A stretch of 45,268 nt of DNA from assembly GCA_016204355.1 (NCBI GenBank), contig JACQKT010000016.1:1-45268 (forward strand). Direction: 5' to 3'. The notes under the pieces were generated by a model that did not search any database, had not been told where the DNA came from, and saw nothing but the letters and a program-made list of their open reading frames with translations. Positions within the stretch are counted from its first letter, which is position 1, and every line of letters starts with the position of its first letter. A program made the translations under genes and the position numbers. This stretch comes from Candidatus Liptonbacteria bacterium. GTDB taxonomy: Bacteria; Patescibacteriota; Minisyncoccia; UBA6257; 2-01-FULL-56-20. Shown here piece by piece: positions 22,980 through 31,398 of this stretch.

Positions 22980-25500
22980 AAAAGAAATAATCGTTTCGGG
23001 AGGCCAAAGGGAGTTCTATTTCAGCGAGCCGAGACTCTTCATGACGCTGGGCGGCAGGGTTTTGGTAAGAACAGTAAGTTATGTCTCTTACATAGTCTTT
23101 TTGGTCGCGGGGTTCGCGCTTGTTTTGTCCGACATTACGCAGCTGCGTGCCCTGGGGATTCTTATACTGCTTTTTTTCGCTGACATAGCATTTCATTTAG
23201 GAGAGGGAGACAAGCCCTTTTCCGAAATGCCCCAGGGAAGAATAAATCTCGCAGGATACGTCTCTCCCTCGGCCTATTCGGCGCTCGAAAAAAGCTTCGA
23301 CAAAAGCGTCATTTCAAAGAGAAATTTTTTTCTTGGAACCGCGAAAGAACTTCTGGAAAGAAAAGAGATAAAAGAAGGCCTGCTGCGTCTGGATCTGAGG
23401 CCCGACGAAATGGAGCAAAAATTAGACTCGCTGATTTCTTCCGACGAAGGCATCCATTTGGATAAAAAAGCAATTTTACGGATGGCCGGGGAGCTTGTGA
23501 TAAACGCCGGAGCAAGAAGCATTGCGAACAACAGAAAGTTCGTAGAAACAACAGACCTTTTTTCGGGGCTTTTCTTCGTTAATGACGAGAAAACGAAGAG
23601 GTTTTTCAATACCTTTTCCGTTAGCGCTGACGACCTTGAGCTGACTCTCCTTTTGAGTTCTCTCAAAAGAAAATCGTGGAGATTTTCTTTTCCCTCAAGT
23701 TTAAGCAGTTTGAGCTTCGAAACCCAGCGCAAATTGCGTCATCGGGTTGTGAACAGGGCATGGACCAGCAGGCCTACCCCGACACTCGATATGTTCAGTT
23801 CGGATTTGACCGATTTGGCTAGAGACAGCAGTGTGGGATTCCTAATCGGACATGACGCGGAGTACAAAATGCTCGTTGAAACACTTTCGAGGCCGATAAA
23901 TCCGAACGCTCTTTTGGTGGGAGAAGAAGGCATCGGAAAGGAAACGATAGTCATGCATCTTGCGAGGCAAGTAACCAAGGATGAAGTCCCTGGCGAGCTT
24001 TTCGACAAGCGGCTTGTCGGCCTGGAAATAGCGAGCCTTGTCGCCGGCGCATCGCCGGACGAGCTTCAGGCGAGATTGAAAAAAATAGTCGAGGAAATAC
24101 TGATTGCGGGAAACGTTATCTTGTACGTTCCCGATTTTCATAATCTCGTAAAGACTTCTGGCAGCTATTATTTGTCCGCCGCAGACGCGCTTACGCCTGT
24201 GATAAAAAACAACACCTTCCCGATAATAGGGGCGACGTATCCGAGAGAATTCAAGGAGTTCGTGGAGCCGAGAAGCGACATAGCTGGAATTTTCGAAATC
24301 ATAAGAGTGAACGAAATAAGCGCCGCGGACGCTAGAAAATTTCTTGTTTACGAAAGTCTGATCTTGGAGAGGAAGACGGGATTGGTCGTAAGTTTCGGAG
24401 CCATAAAAACATCCGTCGATCTGGCGAAAAAATATATCACCGGAAAATTCCTTCCTTCAAGCGCGGACGAACTGCTGAAGAGCGCCCTGGTTGCCGCGAG
24501 ACGCGAGGGGAAAAAATACGTGACGCACGACGAAGTCGTAAAAGCGGCGGAAGAAAAGGTTAATGTGCCGATTCACGAAGCGGGAGCCGAAGAAGCGAGA
24601 GAACTTCTTAATCTCGAGGAAACTATCCACAAGCGCATAGTCGGCCAGGATGAGGCGGTTAAAGCCGTCAGTACGGCCCTCCGAGAATACCGAAGCGGAT
24701 TAAGCAGGCCGGGTGGGACCATAGCGAATTTCCTTTTTGTGGGACCGACCGGAGTAGGGAAAACGGAGCTCGCCAAGATTCTTGCGAAAATACAATTCGG
24801 CTCAGAATCGGCGATGATAAGGTTCGACATGACGGAATATCAGGACAAGGAAAGCTTTTATCGCTTCATCGGCTCGCCGGACGGGAAGATAACAGGAGCG
24901 CTCACCGAAGCCGTTCTAAAAAAACCTTACAGTCTTATTCTTCTCGACGAATTCGAGAAGGCGTTCCCTGATATTCTCGGACTTTTCCTGCAGGTTTTCG
25001 ACGACGGCCGGCTGACCGATAATCTGGGGCGCACTGCTTCTTTCCAGAACACCATAATCATAGCCACGTCCAACGCGCATTCGGACATAATTAACGAATC
25101 GCTTTCCAAAGGACAAAACATGGAAAACATCGCGGAATATTTGAAAAAGAAATTGACTGATGTTTTCAGGCCGGAGCTTCTGAACAGGTTCTCAAAAGTA
25201 ATCGTCTTCAGGGATCTTTCACCGAAGAACGTGGAAACTATAGCAAGGATGAACCTGTCCGATTTGTCCGAGACGCTGATCGGCCAGGGAATAAAACTGG
25301 AATTCGACGATTCCGCAGTGAAACAGATAGCCAGGCTCGGATACGACCCGGCTTTCGGAGCCCGACCGCTGAGACGCGCGATAGAAGAAAATCTCCGCGC
25401 GCCGCTGGCTGAAAAAATCCTTAAAAAGGAAATAGTCCGCGGGGAGAACGTTGTAGTTTCGTTTGCGGAGGGGAACTTCAAATTCGAGGAGAAAGTTTAA
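22960..25500 (+). CDS. ClpC/ClpB-like AAA+ protein with N-terminal TM segments and a degenerate first nucleotide-binding domain
   Basis: NBD2 is canonical (FVGPTGVGKTELAK, LILLDEFEKA, sensor-2 GARPLRR). NBD1 reads GEEGIGKE (no T/S after GK) with Walker B VILYVPDFHNL (no DE). The start is uncertain. Confidence 0.85.
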   Translation: MFSEPDKKEIIVSGGQREFYFSEPRLFMTLGGRVLVRTVSYVSYIVFLVAGFALVLSDITQLRALGILILLFFADIAFHLGEGDKPFSEMPQGRINLAGYVSPSAYSALEKSFDKSVISKRNFFLGTAKELLERKEIKEGLLRLDLRPDEMEQKLDSLISSDEGIHLDKKAILRMAGELVINAGARSIANNRKFVETTDLFSGLFFVNDEKTKRFFNTFSVSADDLELTLLLSSLKRKSWRFSFPSSLSSLSFETQRKLRHRVVNRAWTSRPTPTLDMFSSDLTDLARDSSVGFLIGHDAEYKMLVETLSRPINPNALLVGEEGIGKETIVMHLARQVTKDEVPGELFDKRLVGLEIASLVAGASPDELQARLKKIVEEILIAGNVILYVPDFHNLVKTSGSYYLSAADALTPVIKNNTFPIIGATYPREFKEFVEPRSDIAGIFEIIRVNEISAADARKFLVYESLILERKTGLVVSFGAIKTSVDLAKKYITGKFLPSSADELLKSALVAARREGKKYVTHDEVVKAAEEKVNVPIHEAGAEEARELLNLEETIHKRIVGQDEAVKAVSTALREYRSGLSRPGGTIANFLFVGPTGVGKTELAKILAKIQFGSESAMIRFDMTEYQDKESFYRFIGSPDGKITGALTEAVLKKPYSLILLDEFEKAFPDILGLFLQVFDDGRLTDNLGRTASFQNTIIIATSNAHSDIINESLSKGQNMENIAEYLKKKLTDVFRPELLNRFSKVIVFRDLSPKNVETIARMNLSDLSETLIGQGIKLEFDDSAVKQIARLGYDPAFGARPLRRAIEENLRAPLAEKILKKEIVRGENVVVSFAEGNFKFEEKV

Positions 25501-25508
25501 TAGCAATA

Positions 25509-26156
25509 ATGAAAATAAAAGTAAGCACAGACCTCAAAGTCGGACGCCTCGTGCGCAATTTCGTTTTTATCGACCTGTTTCTTTTCGGAGGATGGGGTTT
25601 TCTTGCACCTGTTTTTCCGGTTTTTATAATAGACAAAATCGAAGGGGCGACTTTGACAACTGTCGGAATTGCGGCGGCGATTTATCTCATAATAAAATCC
25701 CTTCTTCAGCTGCCCGTCGCTAATTACATCGACAGGAATCAGGGTTATCACGATGATTTTTTCATACTGGTCTCGGGGCTGCTCCTCGCTTCTTTTTCGG
25801 CTTTCGCCTTCATTCTCGTGAGCAATGTGTGGCAGCTTTATCTGGTGGAAGCGCTTCACGGAATAGCTTTTTCCCTTTACATACCGGCGTGGTCGGGAAT
25901 TTTTTCGAGACATCTGGATAAAAACCGGGTTTCGTTCGACTGGTCTTTGGACAGCAGCACGGTCGGGATTTCCGCGGGAATAACAGGGTTTCTGGGCAGC
26001 GTTATGGCCGAGCAGGTCGGTTTTTACTCGGTTTTCGTCGCTGCTTCCGTTTTCTCGATGCTTTCCGTTCTTATCCTGGTCATTTCGCCCGACGTGGTTT
26101 TTCCGAGAAGCACGGTTGCCGAGCCGGCAGTCAAAGATCATCGCAACCCGCTTTAA
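25509..26156 (+). CDS. MFS-like transporter, half-size (~6 TM)
   Basis: Six hydrophobic helices in 215 aa, with an MFS-like loop DR-rich motif (ANYIDRNQG). Confidence 0.5.
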   Translation: MKIKVSTDLKVGRLVRNFVFIDLFLFGGWGFLAPVFPVFIIDKIEGATLTTVGIAAAIYLIIKSLLQLPVANYIDRNQGYHDDFFILVSGLLLASFSAFAFILVSNVWQLYLVEALHGIAFSLYIPAWSGIFSRHLDKNRVSFDWSLDSSTVGISAGITGFLGSVMAEQVGFYSVFVAASVFSMLSVLILVISPDVVFPRSTVAEPAVKDHRNPL

Positions 26157-26157
26157 A

Positions 26158-27894
26158 ATGCCATCCAACTTCGAGATATCGAAAATACTCCGCGAAATAG
26201 GGGAATATCTTGAAATGCAGAATGTCCCCTTCAAGCCGCGAGCCTACGAAAAGGCGGCGCTTGCCGTTCAGGAACTCGACGAGGAAACTACGGATCTCTA
26301 CAAGGAAGGCGGACTCAAAGCGCTCGAGGAAATTCCCGGCGTGGGCGCTTCGATTGCCGAAAAAATAGAAGAACTTTTGAAAACGGGCAGGCTGAAATAC
26401 TACGAAGGGCTGAAGAAAAAAGCCCCAGTCGATTTGTCGTCGCTCACTTCTGTGGAGGGGCTCGGACCAAAATCGATAAGCAGACTTTATCAAAAGCTGG
26501 GGATAAAAAATCTGGCGGACCTCGAGAAAGCCGCGCGAGCCGGGAAAATAAGAAAACTGGAGGGGTTCGGAGAAAAAAGCGAAACAAAAATACTCGCCGG
26601 CATAGAATTTCAAAAAAAGTCCGGCGGGCGTTTTCTTTTGGGCGACGTTTTGTTTTTAGGGAGAGGCATAGAAGAACGCCTCGAAAGACTCCCCGAGGTG
26701 GAAAAAGCTATGGTCGCCGGCTCGATACGGAGGAGAAAGGAAACGATAGGAGACGTCGACATACTCGTAATTTCCAAAAAATCGAAAAAAGTCATGGACT
26801 ATTTCAAAAATATGACGGAGGTCGCGATGATTATCGCTTCCGGCGAAACAAAATCATCCGTAAAACTTCATTCCGGACTGAACGTGGATTTGCGCGTGGT
26901 TCCTCCGGAATCATATGGGGCGGCGCTGAATTATTTCACGGGTTCTAAGGACCATAATGTCGCGTTGCGGAAGATAGCGATAGAAAAAAAACTTAAACTT
27001 AACGAATACGGATTATTCAAAGTGGGGAAGGGAGGAAAAGAAACGATGATTGCCGGAAAAACCGAGGAAGAGATTTACCGCGCTCTCGGCATGGATTACA
27101 TAGAACCGGAGATGCGCGAGAACACGGGCGAGATAAATTTTTCCCTGAAACATAAACTGCCAAAAATCGTCGGATACGGTGATTTAGAGGGAGATTTGCA
27201 AACGCAGACCGAATGGACGGACGGCTCGGACTCGATAGAAGACATGGCAAAAGCCGGAATAAAGGCGGGCTTGAAATATATCGCGATCACCGACCACACC
27301 AAGCGTCTGGCGATGACCGGCGGACTGGGCGAAAAAATGGTTCTCAAGCAGATGGTGGAGATAGACAGGGTCAATAAAAAACTCGGCGGGAAGATAAAAA
27401 TATTGAAAGGCACCGAATGCGATATTCTCAAAGACGGCAGCATGGATTTGCCAGACAGCATTTTGTCGAAACTGGACGTCGTCGGAGCTTCGGTCCATTC
27501 GCTTTTCAATCTTTCGGAGGCGGACCAGACGGCACGCATAAAAAAGGCAATGGTCAATCCCAATGTGGACATAATTTTCCACCCGACCGGACGTCTTATA
27601 AACAGAAGGGAAGCATATAAAGTGGACATCGAGGAAATCGTGAAATTCGCCAAAAAAACCGGAACGGTCCTGGAGGCGAACGCCGATACCAACCGCCTTG
27701 ACCTGAAAGACGAATACATAAAGAAGTGCGTGGAAGCCGGAGTGAAAATAAGCGTAGATTCGGACGCGCACTCTGCCGGGCAAGTCGGTTTTCTGGAGCT
27801 CGGTATAGCCCAGGCGCGGAGAGGATGGGCGACAAAACATGATATCATTAATGCCTGGCCGCCGGATAAAATGAAAAGTTTTCTTAAAAAGTGA
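26158..27894 (+). CDS. polX: DNA polymerase X with C-terminal PHP domain
   Basis: N-terminal HhH repeats (IPGVGASIAEKI, VEGLGPKSISRL), the GSIRRRKETIGDVDILV nucleotidyltransferase motif, PHP AITDHT...H...D..H. The start was set at MPSNFEISKIL. Confidence 0.9.
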   Translation: MPSNFEISKILREIGEYLEMQNVPFKPRAYEKAALAVQELDEETTDLYKEGGLKALEEIPGVGASIAEKIEELLKTGRLKYYEGLKKKAPVDLSSLTSVEGLGPKSISRLYQKLGIKNLADLEKAARAGKIRKLEGFGEKSETKILAGIEFQKKSGGRFLLGDVLFLGRGIEERLERLPEVEKAMVAGSIRRRKETIGDVDILVISKKSKKVMDYFKNMTEVAMIIASGETKSSVKLHSGLNVDLRVVPPESYGAALNYFTGSKDHNVALRKIAIEKKLKLNEYGLFKVGKGGKETMIAGKTEEEIYRALGMDYIEPEMRENTGEINFSLKHKLPKIVGYGDLEGDLQTQTEWTDGSDSIEDMAKAGIKAGLKYIAITDHTKRLAMTGGLGEKMVLKQMVEIDRVNKKLGGKIKILKGTECDILKDGSMDLPDSILSKLDVVGASVHSLFNLSEADQTARIKKAMVNPNVDIIFHPTGRLINRREAYKVDIEEIVKFAKKTGTVLEANADTNRLDLKDEYIKKCVEAGVKISVDSDAHSAGQVGFLELGIAQARRGWATKHDIINAWPPDKMKSFLKK

Positions 27895-28439
27895 CGGAAA
27901 AGAAGGAAATAAAAAAATTCAAAAGAGAAATATCAGCCGGGTTCATAATTTTCAGGCGAACAAGCGAAGGATTGAAATTTCTGGTTTTGTATCACGGACA
28001 CAACTACTGGAATTTCCCGAAGGGAAAAATAGAATCGGAGGAAAAATCTCTCGCCGCCGCGTTCAGGGAGACAAAGGAAGAAGCGGGATTGGGAAAGCAG
28101 GATTTGAGAGTTTTGGAAAGATTCAAGGTATATCAGAAGTTTTCTTTCCGGCGCGGCAGATATCACGGCAGGTCGCGTTCCGCCGGCGCGCAGCAGAAGG
28201 AAGAATTGCAAAACATTTTTAAAATAGTCATTTTCTATCTTGCCGAGACGAAAAATCCCGTAATAAAAATATCGCACGAGCATCAGGGATACGCCTGGCT
28301 TTCTTTCGGAGAAGGGATGAAGATTATGAACAGGTATCGCGGAAACCAAAAAATACTCAAAGAAGCATATGACTTCATTCGCCACGAAAGTTCTCGCCGC
28401 CGTGAGGAAAATACGGCGAGGCAGAACCGCAACATATAA
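27891..28439 (+). CDS. Nudix hydrolase
   Basis: Nudix box GKIESEEKSLAAAFRETKEEAGL. GTG start overlaps the polX stop (GTGA). Confidence 0.85.
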   Translation: MTEKKEIKKFKREISAGFIIFRRTSEGLKFLVLYHGHNYWNFPKGKIESEEKSLAAAFRETKEEAGLGKQDLRVLERFKVYQKFSFRRGRYHGRSRSAGAQQKEELQNIFKIVIFYLAETKNPVIKISHEHQGYAWLSFGEGMKIMNRYRGNQKILKEAYDFIRHESSRRREENTARQNRNI

Positions 28440-28620
28440 GGAAATCGCCCAGCTGGCCGGGAATCCACGCGCCTACCGCGCCGTCGGGAACATTTTGAAT
28501 AAAAACCGCGACCCGAAAGTGCCGTGCCACAGGGTTATCAGAAGCGACCTGAACCCCGGGGGATATAACCGGGGCGTTGACAAGAAAGTAAAATTGCTTA
28601 AAAAAGAAAAAGCGATATAA
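28369..28620 (+). CDS. ogt: Methylated-DNA--protein-cysteine methyltransferase (DNA-binding/active-site domain only)
   Basis: TYKEIAQLAGNPRAYRAVGNILNKN...PCHRVI contains the PCHRV active site. It overlaps the Nudix ORF by 71 nt. Confidence 0.85.
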   Translation: MTSFATKVLAAVRKIRRGRTATYKEIAQLAGNPRAYRAVGNILNKNRDPKVPCHRVIRSDLNPGGYNRGVDKKVKLLKKEKAI

Positions 28621-28723
28621 CCGTTTGTCGGGAAACGTTTGAATATATTTCCGAGATGAGTTCTAATTATTACATAGGTTTCGGGTAAATTTTTCGACGT
28701 ATTTGACAAGAGAGGAGAGGGCG

Positions 28724-28936
28724 ATGGGAACGACGCAGCATCATCGAAATACCGAAAGGCCAAGGAAAGGAAAGGGATGCGATCCGCAGCCGAAGAGAAA
28801 TCCGTTCGAACACGCGAAGGGGCCGTCGAAGTCCTTCGTCGAGCCTATCGGCGATGAGGACTTCGGTGATTTCACCGACGACGAACGGGTTATCAGCCAG
28901 CTCATAGATGTTCCCGAGCAGACAGAAGGAGAATGA
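28724..28936 (+). CDS. Hypothetical small protein (70 aa, acidic C-terminus)
   Basis: GAGGAGAGGG SD before the ATG at 28724. ATGA overlap with the next ORF. The sequence is low-complexity or disordered-looking. Confidence 0.4.
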   Translation: MGTTQHHRNTERPRKGKGCDPQPKRNPFEHAKGPSKSFVEPIGDEDFGDFTDDERVISQLIDVPEQTEGE

Positions 28937-29103
28937 CCATGACGGCCGTGAGAAAAGGGCAGCATCAAGGCGGGAGCGGTACGAATTTCAGCCGGCAGGG
29001 AAGTCGCGAAAACAGGAAAAAGAGAAGAAAAGACGAAGCCGTTACCAAACGCCACCAGGACAAAAGGAATTGCGCCAGATTTATTTATGCGCAAGGCTGG
29101 TAA
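28933..29103 (+). CDS. Hypothetical small, very basic protein (56 aa)
   Basis: MTMTAVRKGQHQGG...RENRKKRRKDEAVTKRHQDKR...; start overlaps the previous stop, and a bidirectional terminator follows. Confidence 0.3.
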   Translation: MTMTAVRKGQHQGGSGTNFSRQGSRENRKKRRKDEAVTKRHQDKRNCARFIYAQGW

Positions 29104-29122
29104 GAACATGCGCGAGGAGAAG

Positions 29123-29156
29123 CAAAAAAGCCGCGGGTTCACGCCTGCGGCTTTTC
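29123..29156. terminator. Bidirectional terminator (small ORF pair / rplT)
   Basis: AAAAAAGCCGCGGG-TTCAC-GCCTGCGGCTTTT with flanking A- and T-runs. Confidence 0.7.
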
Positions 29157-29176
29157 AAATTTCAACCCGGCCCGGT

Positions 29177-29524
29177 TTATTTTTGGGCGAATTCCACTAC
29201 TTTGGAAAAAACTTTCGGTTCGTTTTTCGCGAGGTCGGCGAGTATTTTCCTGTCGAGCTTTATATTTTTCTTTTTCAAAACGCCCATCAGTTTGCTATAA
29301 GTCATTTCGTTGGCCCGGCTGGCGGCGTTTATCCTTACGTTCCAGAGCTTGCGGAACACGCGATTCTTTTCTTTTCTGCCGCGGAAAGACCTTGACCAGG
29401 CGTGAAGCAGCGCTTCTTTCGCAGCCCTTTCTTTCGATTTTCTTCCCCAGCGGAAACCCTTTGTGTGTTTCAGCAAAGCGCGGCGTTTCTTTGTCTGTAT
29501 TTTCCCTCTTTTGACTCTTGGCAT
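29177..29524 (-). CDS. rplT: 50S ribosomal protein L20
   Basis: MPRVKRGKIQTKKRRALLKHTKGFRWGR... is the canonical L20 sequence. Confidence 0.95.
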   Translation of the reverse strand: MPRVKRGKIQTKKRRALLKHTKGFRWGRKSKERAAKEALLHAWSRSFRGRKEKNRVFRKLWNVRINAASRANEMTYSKLMGVLKKKNIKLDRKILADLAKNEPKVFSKVVEFAQK

Positions 29525-29556
29525 GACTTTGTAACTTATGACTAATGACTGATAAC

Positions 29557-29739
29557 TTAAAGTACTGCGGCTGCGTAGTCGAGAAGTTTTTTAGCCGGAT
29601 AATCCAGTTGCAGTCTTTTTCGCTTGTCCCTCAAATTCTTTGTGGATTTTCGGGTGCGGAAATGATTGACCGACATGGGCCGACGCATGAACTTTCCTCT
29701 TTTGGTCAGCTTTATTCTTTTTATGAAGCTTTTTTGCAT
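29557..29739 (-). CDS. rpmI: 50S ribosomal protein L35
   Basis: KRIKLTKRGKFMRR...HFRTRKSTKNLRDKRK basic L35 pattern, in the infC-rpmI-rplT gene order. Confidence 0.85.
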   Translation of the reverse strand: MQKSFIKRIKLTKRGKFMRRPMSVNHFRTRKSTKNLRDKRKRLQLDYPAKKLLDYAAAVL

Positions 29740-29743
29740 TTTT

Positions 29744-30382
29744 TTATTTTTTCGAAACCGGCGCTATTGGCATTATCATTCCTCTGCCTCCGAACTTCGG
29801 CTCGCCTAGCCTTTTGTGCTCGACGGTGGTCATTTTTATGAATTCCTCGAGTTTTTGGAGCGCTCTCGGTCTGTTATACTTTTCGGCTCCCCTCAACCTC
29901 ATCATTATGTCGACGTTGTGGCCTTCCTCCAGGAACTTGTCCATCTGTCTGGCCTTTATCAGAAGATCGTTTTTGGCGGCCCGCACGCTTATTTGAACCT
30001 GTTTCAGCCCGACTGTTTTTTGGGCCTGCTTGGCTTTCTTCTCCGCCTTCTCCTGCATGTACCGGAACTTGTCGAAACTCATCAGGCGGGCAACGGGCGG
30101 CTTAGCGGTCGGGGATATTTCGATAAGGTCTATTCCTTCTCCCGGCTTTACCAATGCCAAGGCCTTCTCCCTCGGCATTACGCCGAGATTTTCTCCCTGG
30201 GCGCCGATGACCCGAAGTTCGGGCGCGGTTATTTCGTTGTTGATTCTTGGCTTTATAGGTTTATTGAAAACTTTTTCCTGTTTTGAGCGCCACGATATGT
30301 TAATTGTTGCCGGTGACTTTGTCAATCGAGCATATAAATTTTTTATGTGCTCGATTGATACTGAGCAGGGTCGAAGTATCAA
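29744..30382 (-). CDS. infC: Translation initiation factor IF-3 (true start probably an internal AUU/AUA codon)
   Basis: INNEITAPELRVIGAQGENLGVM..., and the IF3 C-domain VQISVRAAKNDLLIKARQMDKFLEEGHNVDIMMRLRG. The first ~25 codons of the track ORF cover a leader hairpin (30329-30362). Confidence 0.9.
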   Translation of the reverse strand: MILRPCSVSIEHIKNLYARLTKSPATINISWRSKQEKVFNKPIKPRINNEITAPELRVIGAQGENLGVMPREKALALVKPGEGIDLIEISPTAKPPVARLMSFDKFRYMQEKAEKKAKQAQKTVGLKQVQISVRAAKNDLLIKARQMDKFLEEGHNVDIMMRLRGAEKYNRPRALQKLEEFIKMTTVEHKRLGEPKFGGRGMIMPIAPVSKK

Positions 30383-30406
30383 AGTCCATAAATTAAGCGT
30401 ATTTAT

Positions 30407-30441
30407 AAAAAAATTGCCCCGAACAAATTACATGTCCGGGG
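30407..30441 (-). terminator. Rho-independent terminator of module B
   Basis: Minus strand: CCCCGGAC-ATGTAATTT-GTTCGGGG then CAATTTTTTT. The plus-strand block ATAAAAAAATTGCCCCGAAC matches the module A terminator at 18 of 20 positions. Confidence 0.75.
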
Positions 30442-30472
30442 ACTTGGTACTGCTAGGAGACGACCGAATGCT

Positions 30473-30694
30473 TCATGCTGCTTTCTTTGGCAGGAGGCCG
30501 GCTGCTTCCGCCGCTTCTCGCGCCGAATTCTTAGCGAACTGATACTCGTTATCCGTCAGGTATGCCTGGCATCCGGAGCCTGTCTTTCCGACGAACACCA
30601 GTCGGCCGCTGTGGCAGCCGAACGTTACTTCGACCGCGCCTACTCGCACGACCACTCTGCCGTTCATTCTGTCGATGGATATGTTATTCGGCAT
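30473..30694 (-). CDS. Module B small soluble protein (73 aa), hypothetical
   Basis: GAGGAGG SD 6 nt before the ATG at 30694. 11-nt overlap (ATGCCGAATAA) with the upstream membrane gene. MPNNISIDRMNGRVVVRVGAVEVTFGCHSGRLVFVGKTGSGC... Confidence 0.6.
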   Translation of the reverse strand: MPNNISIDRMNGRVVVRVGAVEVTFGCHSGRLVFVGKTGSGCQAYLTDNEYQFAKNSAREAAEAAGLLPKKAA

Positions 30695-30956
30695 TGTCAT
30701 CCTCCTCGCCAATCATGCCCTTGAACCAGGGTTCGAGCAGTTCACCCAGCTTCTTTTGGGCGAAGTAGTACGCAAGAACAGTGAGTCCGATACCGAATAC
30801 CAGTCTGACAGCGAGGTCGGCGACATTCGTATGCCAAAACCCGCTGACTGCGAGCGCGATGCCGACAAGCATCAACACGCACTGTATAACTAACTCCACC
30901 CGTTCCTCGAAATCGGGGATTTCGAGGAACCTCTTGCACGATTCAATCACTTTCAT
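30684..30956 (-). CDS. Module B small membrane protein (90 aa, 2 TM), hypothetical
   Basis: AAGGAG SD before the ATG at 30956. TM helices VELVIQCVLMLVGIALAVSGFW and LAVRLVFGIGLTVLAYYFA. Acidic tail EEDDNAE. Confidence 0.6.
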   Translation of the reverse strand: MKVIESCKRFLEIPDFEERVELVIQCVLMLVGIALAVSGFWHTNVADLAVRLVFGIGLTVLAYYFAQKKLGELLEPWFKGMIGEEDDNAE

Positions 30957-31026
30957 TTATTTTCTCCTTAGTTGGCAATATTGAAGCACGCTGTAACGCG
31001 TGCATTGGTAAGTTTCTACGCCCTCA

Positions 31027-31055
31027 AATATGGCAGATTTTAGGCGTTTTGTCAA
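31027..31055 (-). promoter_or_regulatory. Module B promoter
   Basis: Minus strand: TTGACA-17 nt-CATATT with TGc extended -10. It shares the GCAGATTTTA core with the module A promoter. Confidence 0.6.
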
Positions 31056-31082
31056 TACAAGCGCTATTTTCCTTATTTTTAT

Positions 31083-31124
31083 AAAAAAATCACCCCGAAC
31101 CTGTTTTTGCTGTTGGTTCGGGGG
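31083..31124 (-). terminator. Rho-independent terminator of module A
   Basis: Minus strand: CCCCGAACC-loop-GGTTCGGGG then TGATTTTTTT, starting 2 nt after the stop at 31126. Confidence 0.75.
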
Positions 31125-31125
31125 C

Positions 31126-31398
31126 TTACAGAAGCGTGGGCTGCATACGCTTCCGTTCTTCGGCCAGGGCGCGGTTTTTTCTGTGCTCGTCCATTATTTT
31201 GAGCGCCGTTTTGAAGGCCTTTTCATAGGCGGCGCCAGATATCCTCGTGTTGCGCCGTTCGGCGGTGTATTTTTCGACCCGGTGTTCGTTTTCCTTTCCA
31301 GTAAACACGAAAACGACGTAGACGTCCTCGACGAGAATGACTATCCGTCCCACCGGAAGCGGCGCGTGAACATCGATTACTTTGAGTTTAATGTCCAT
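31126..31398 (-). CDS. Module A small soluble protein (90 aa), hypothetical
   Basis: AAGGAGG SD 4 nt before the ATG at 31398. 11-nt overlap (ATGGACATTAA) with the upstream membrane gene. MDIKLKVIDVHAPLPVGRIVILVEDVYVVFVFTGKE..., with a basic helical C-terminal half. Confidence 0.6.
   Translation of the reverse strand: MDIKLKVIDVHAPLPVGRIVILVEDVYVVFVFTGKENEHRVEKYTAERRNTRISGAAYEKAFKTALKIMDEHRKNRALAEERKRMQPTLL

Noticed and set aside
28741-29142. 133-aa minus-strand ORF antisense to the small acidic/basic pair
   Set aside because: It starts inside the bidirectional terminator hairpin, has Ser/Phe-rich antisense-like composition, and lacks an SD.
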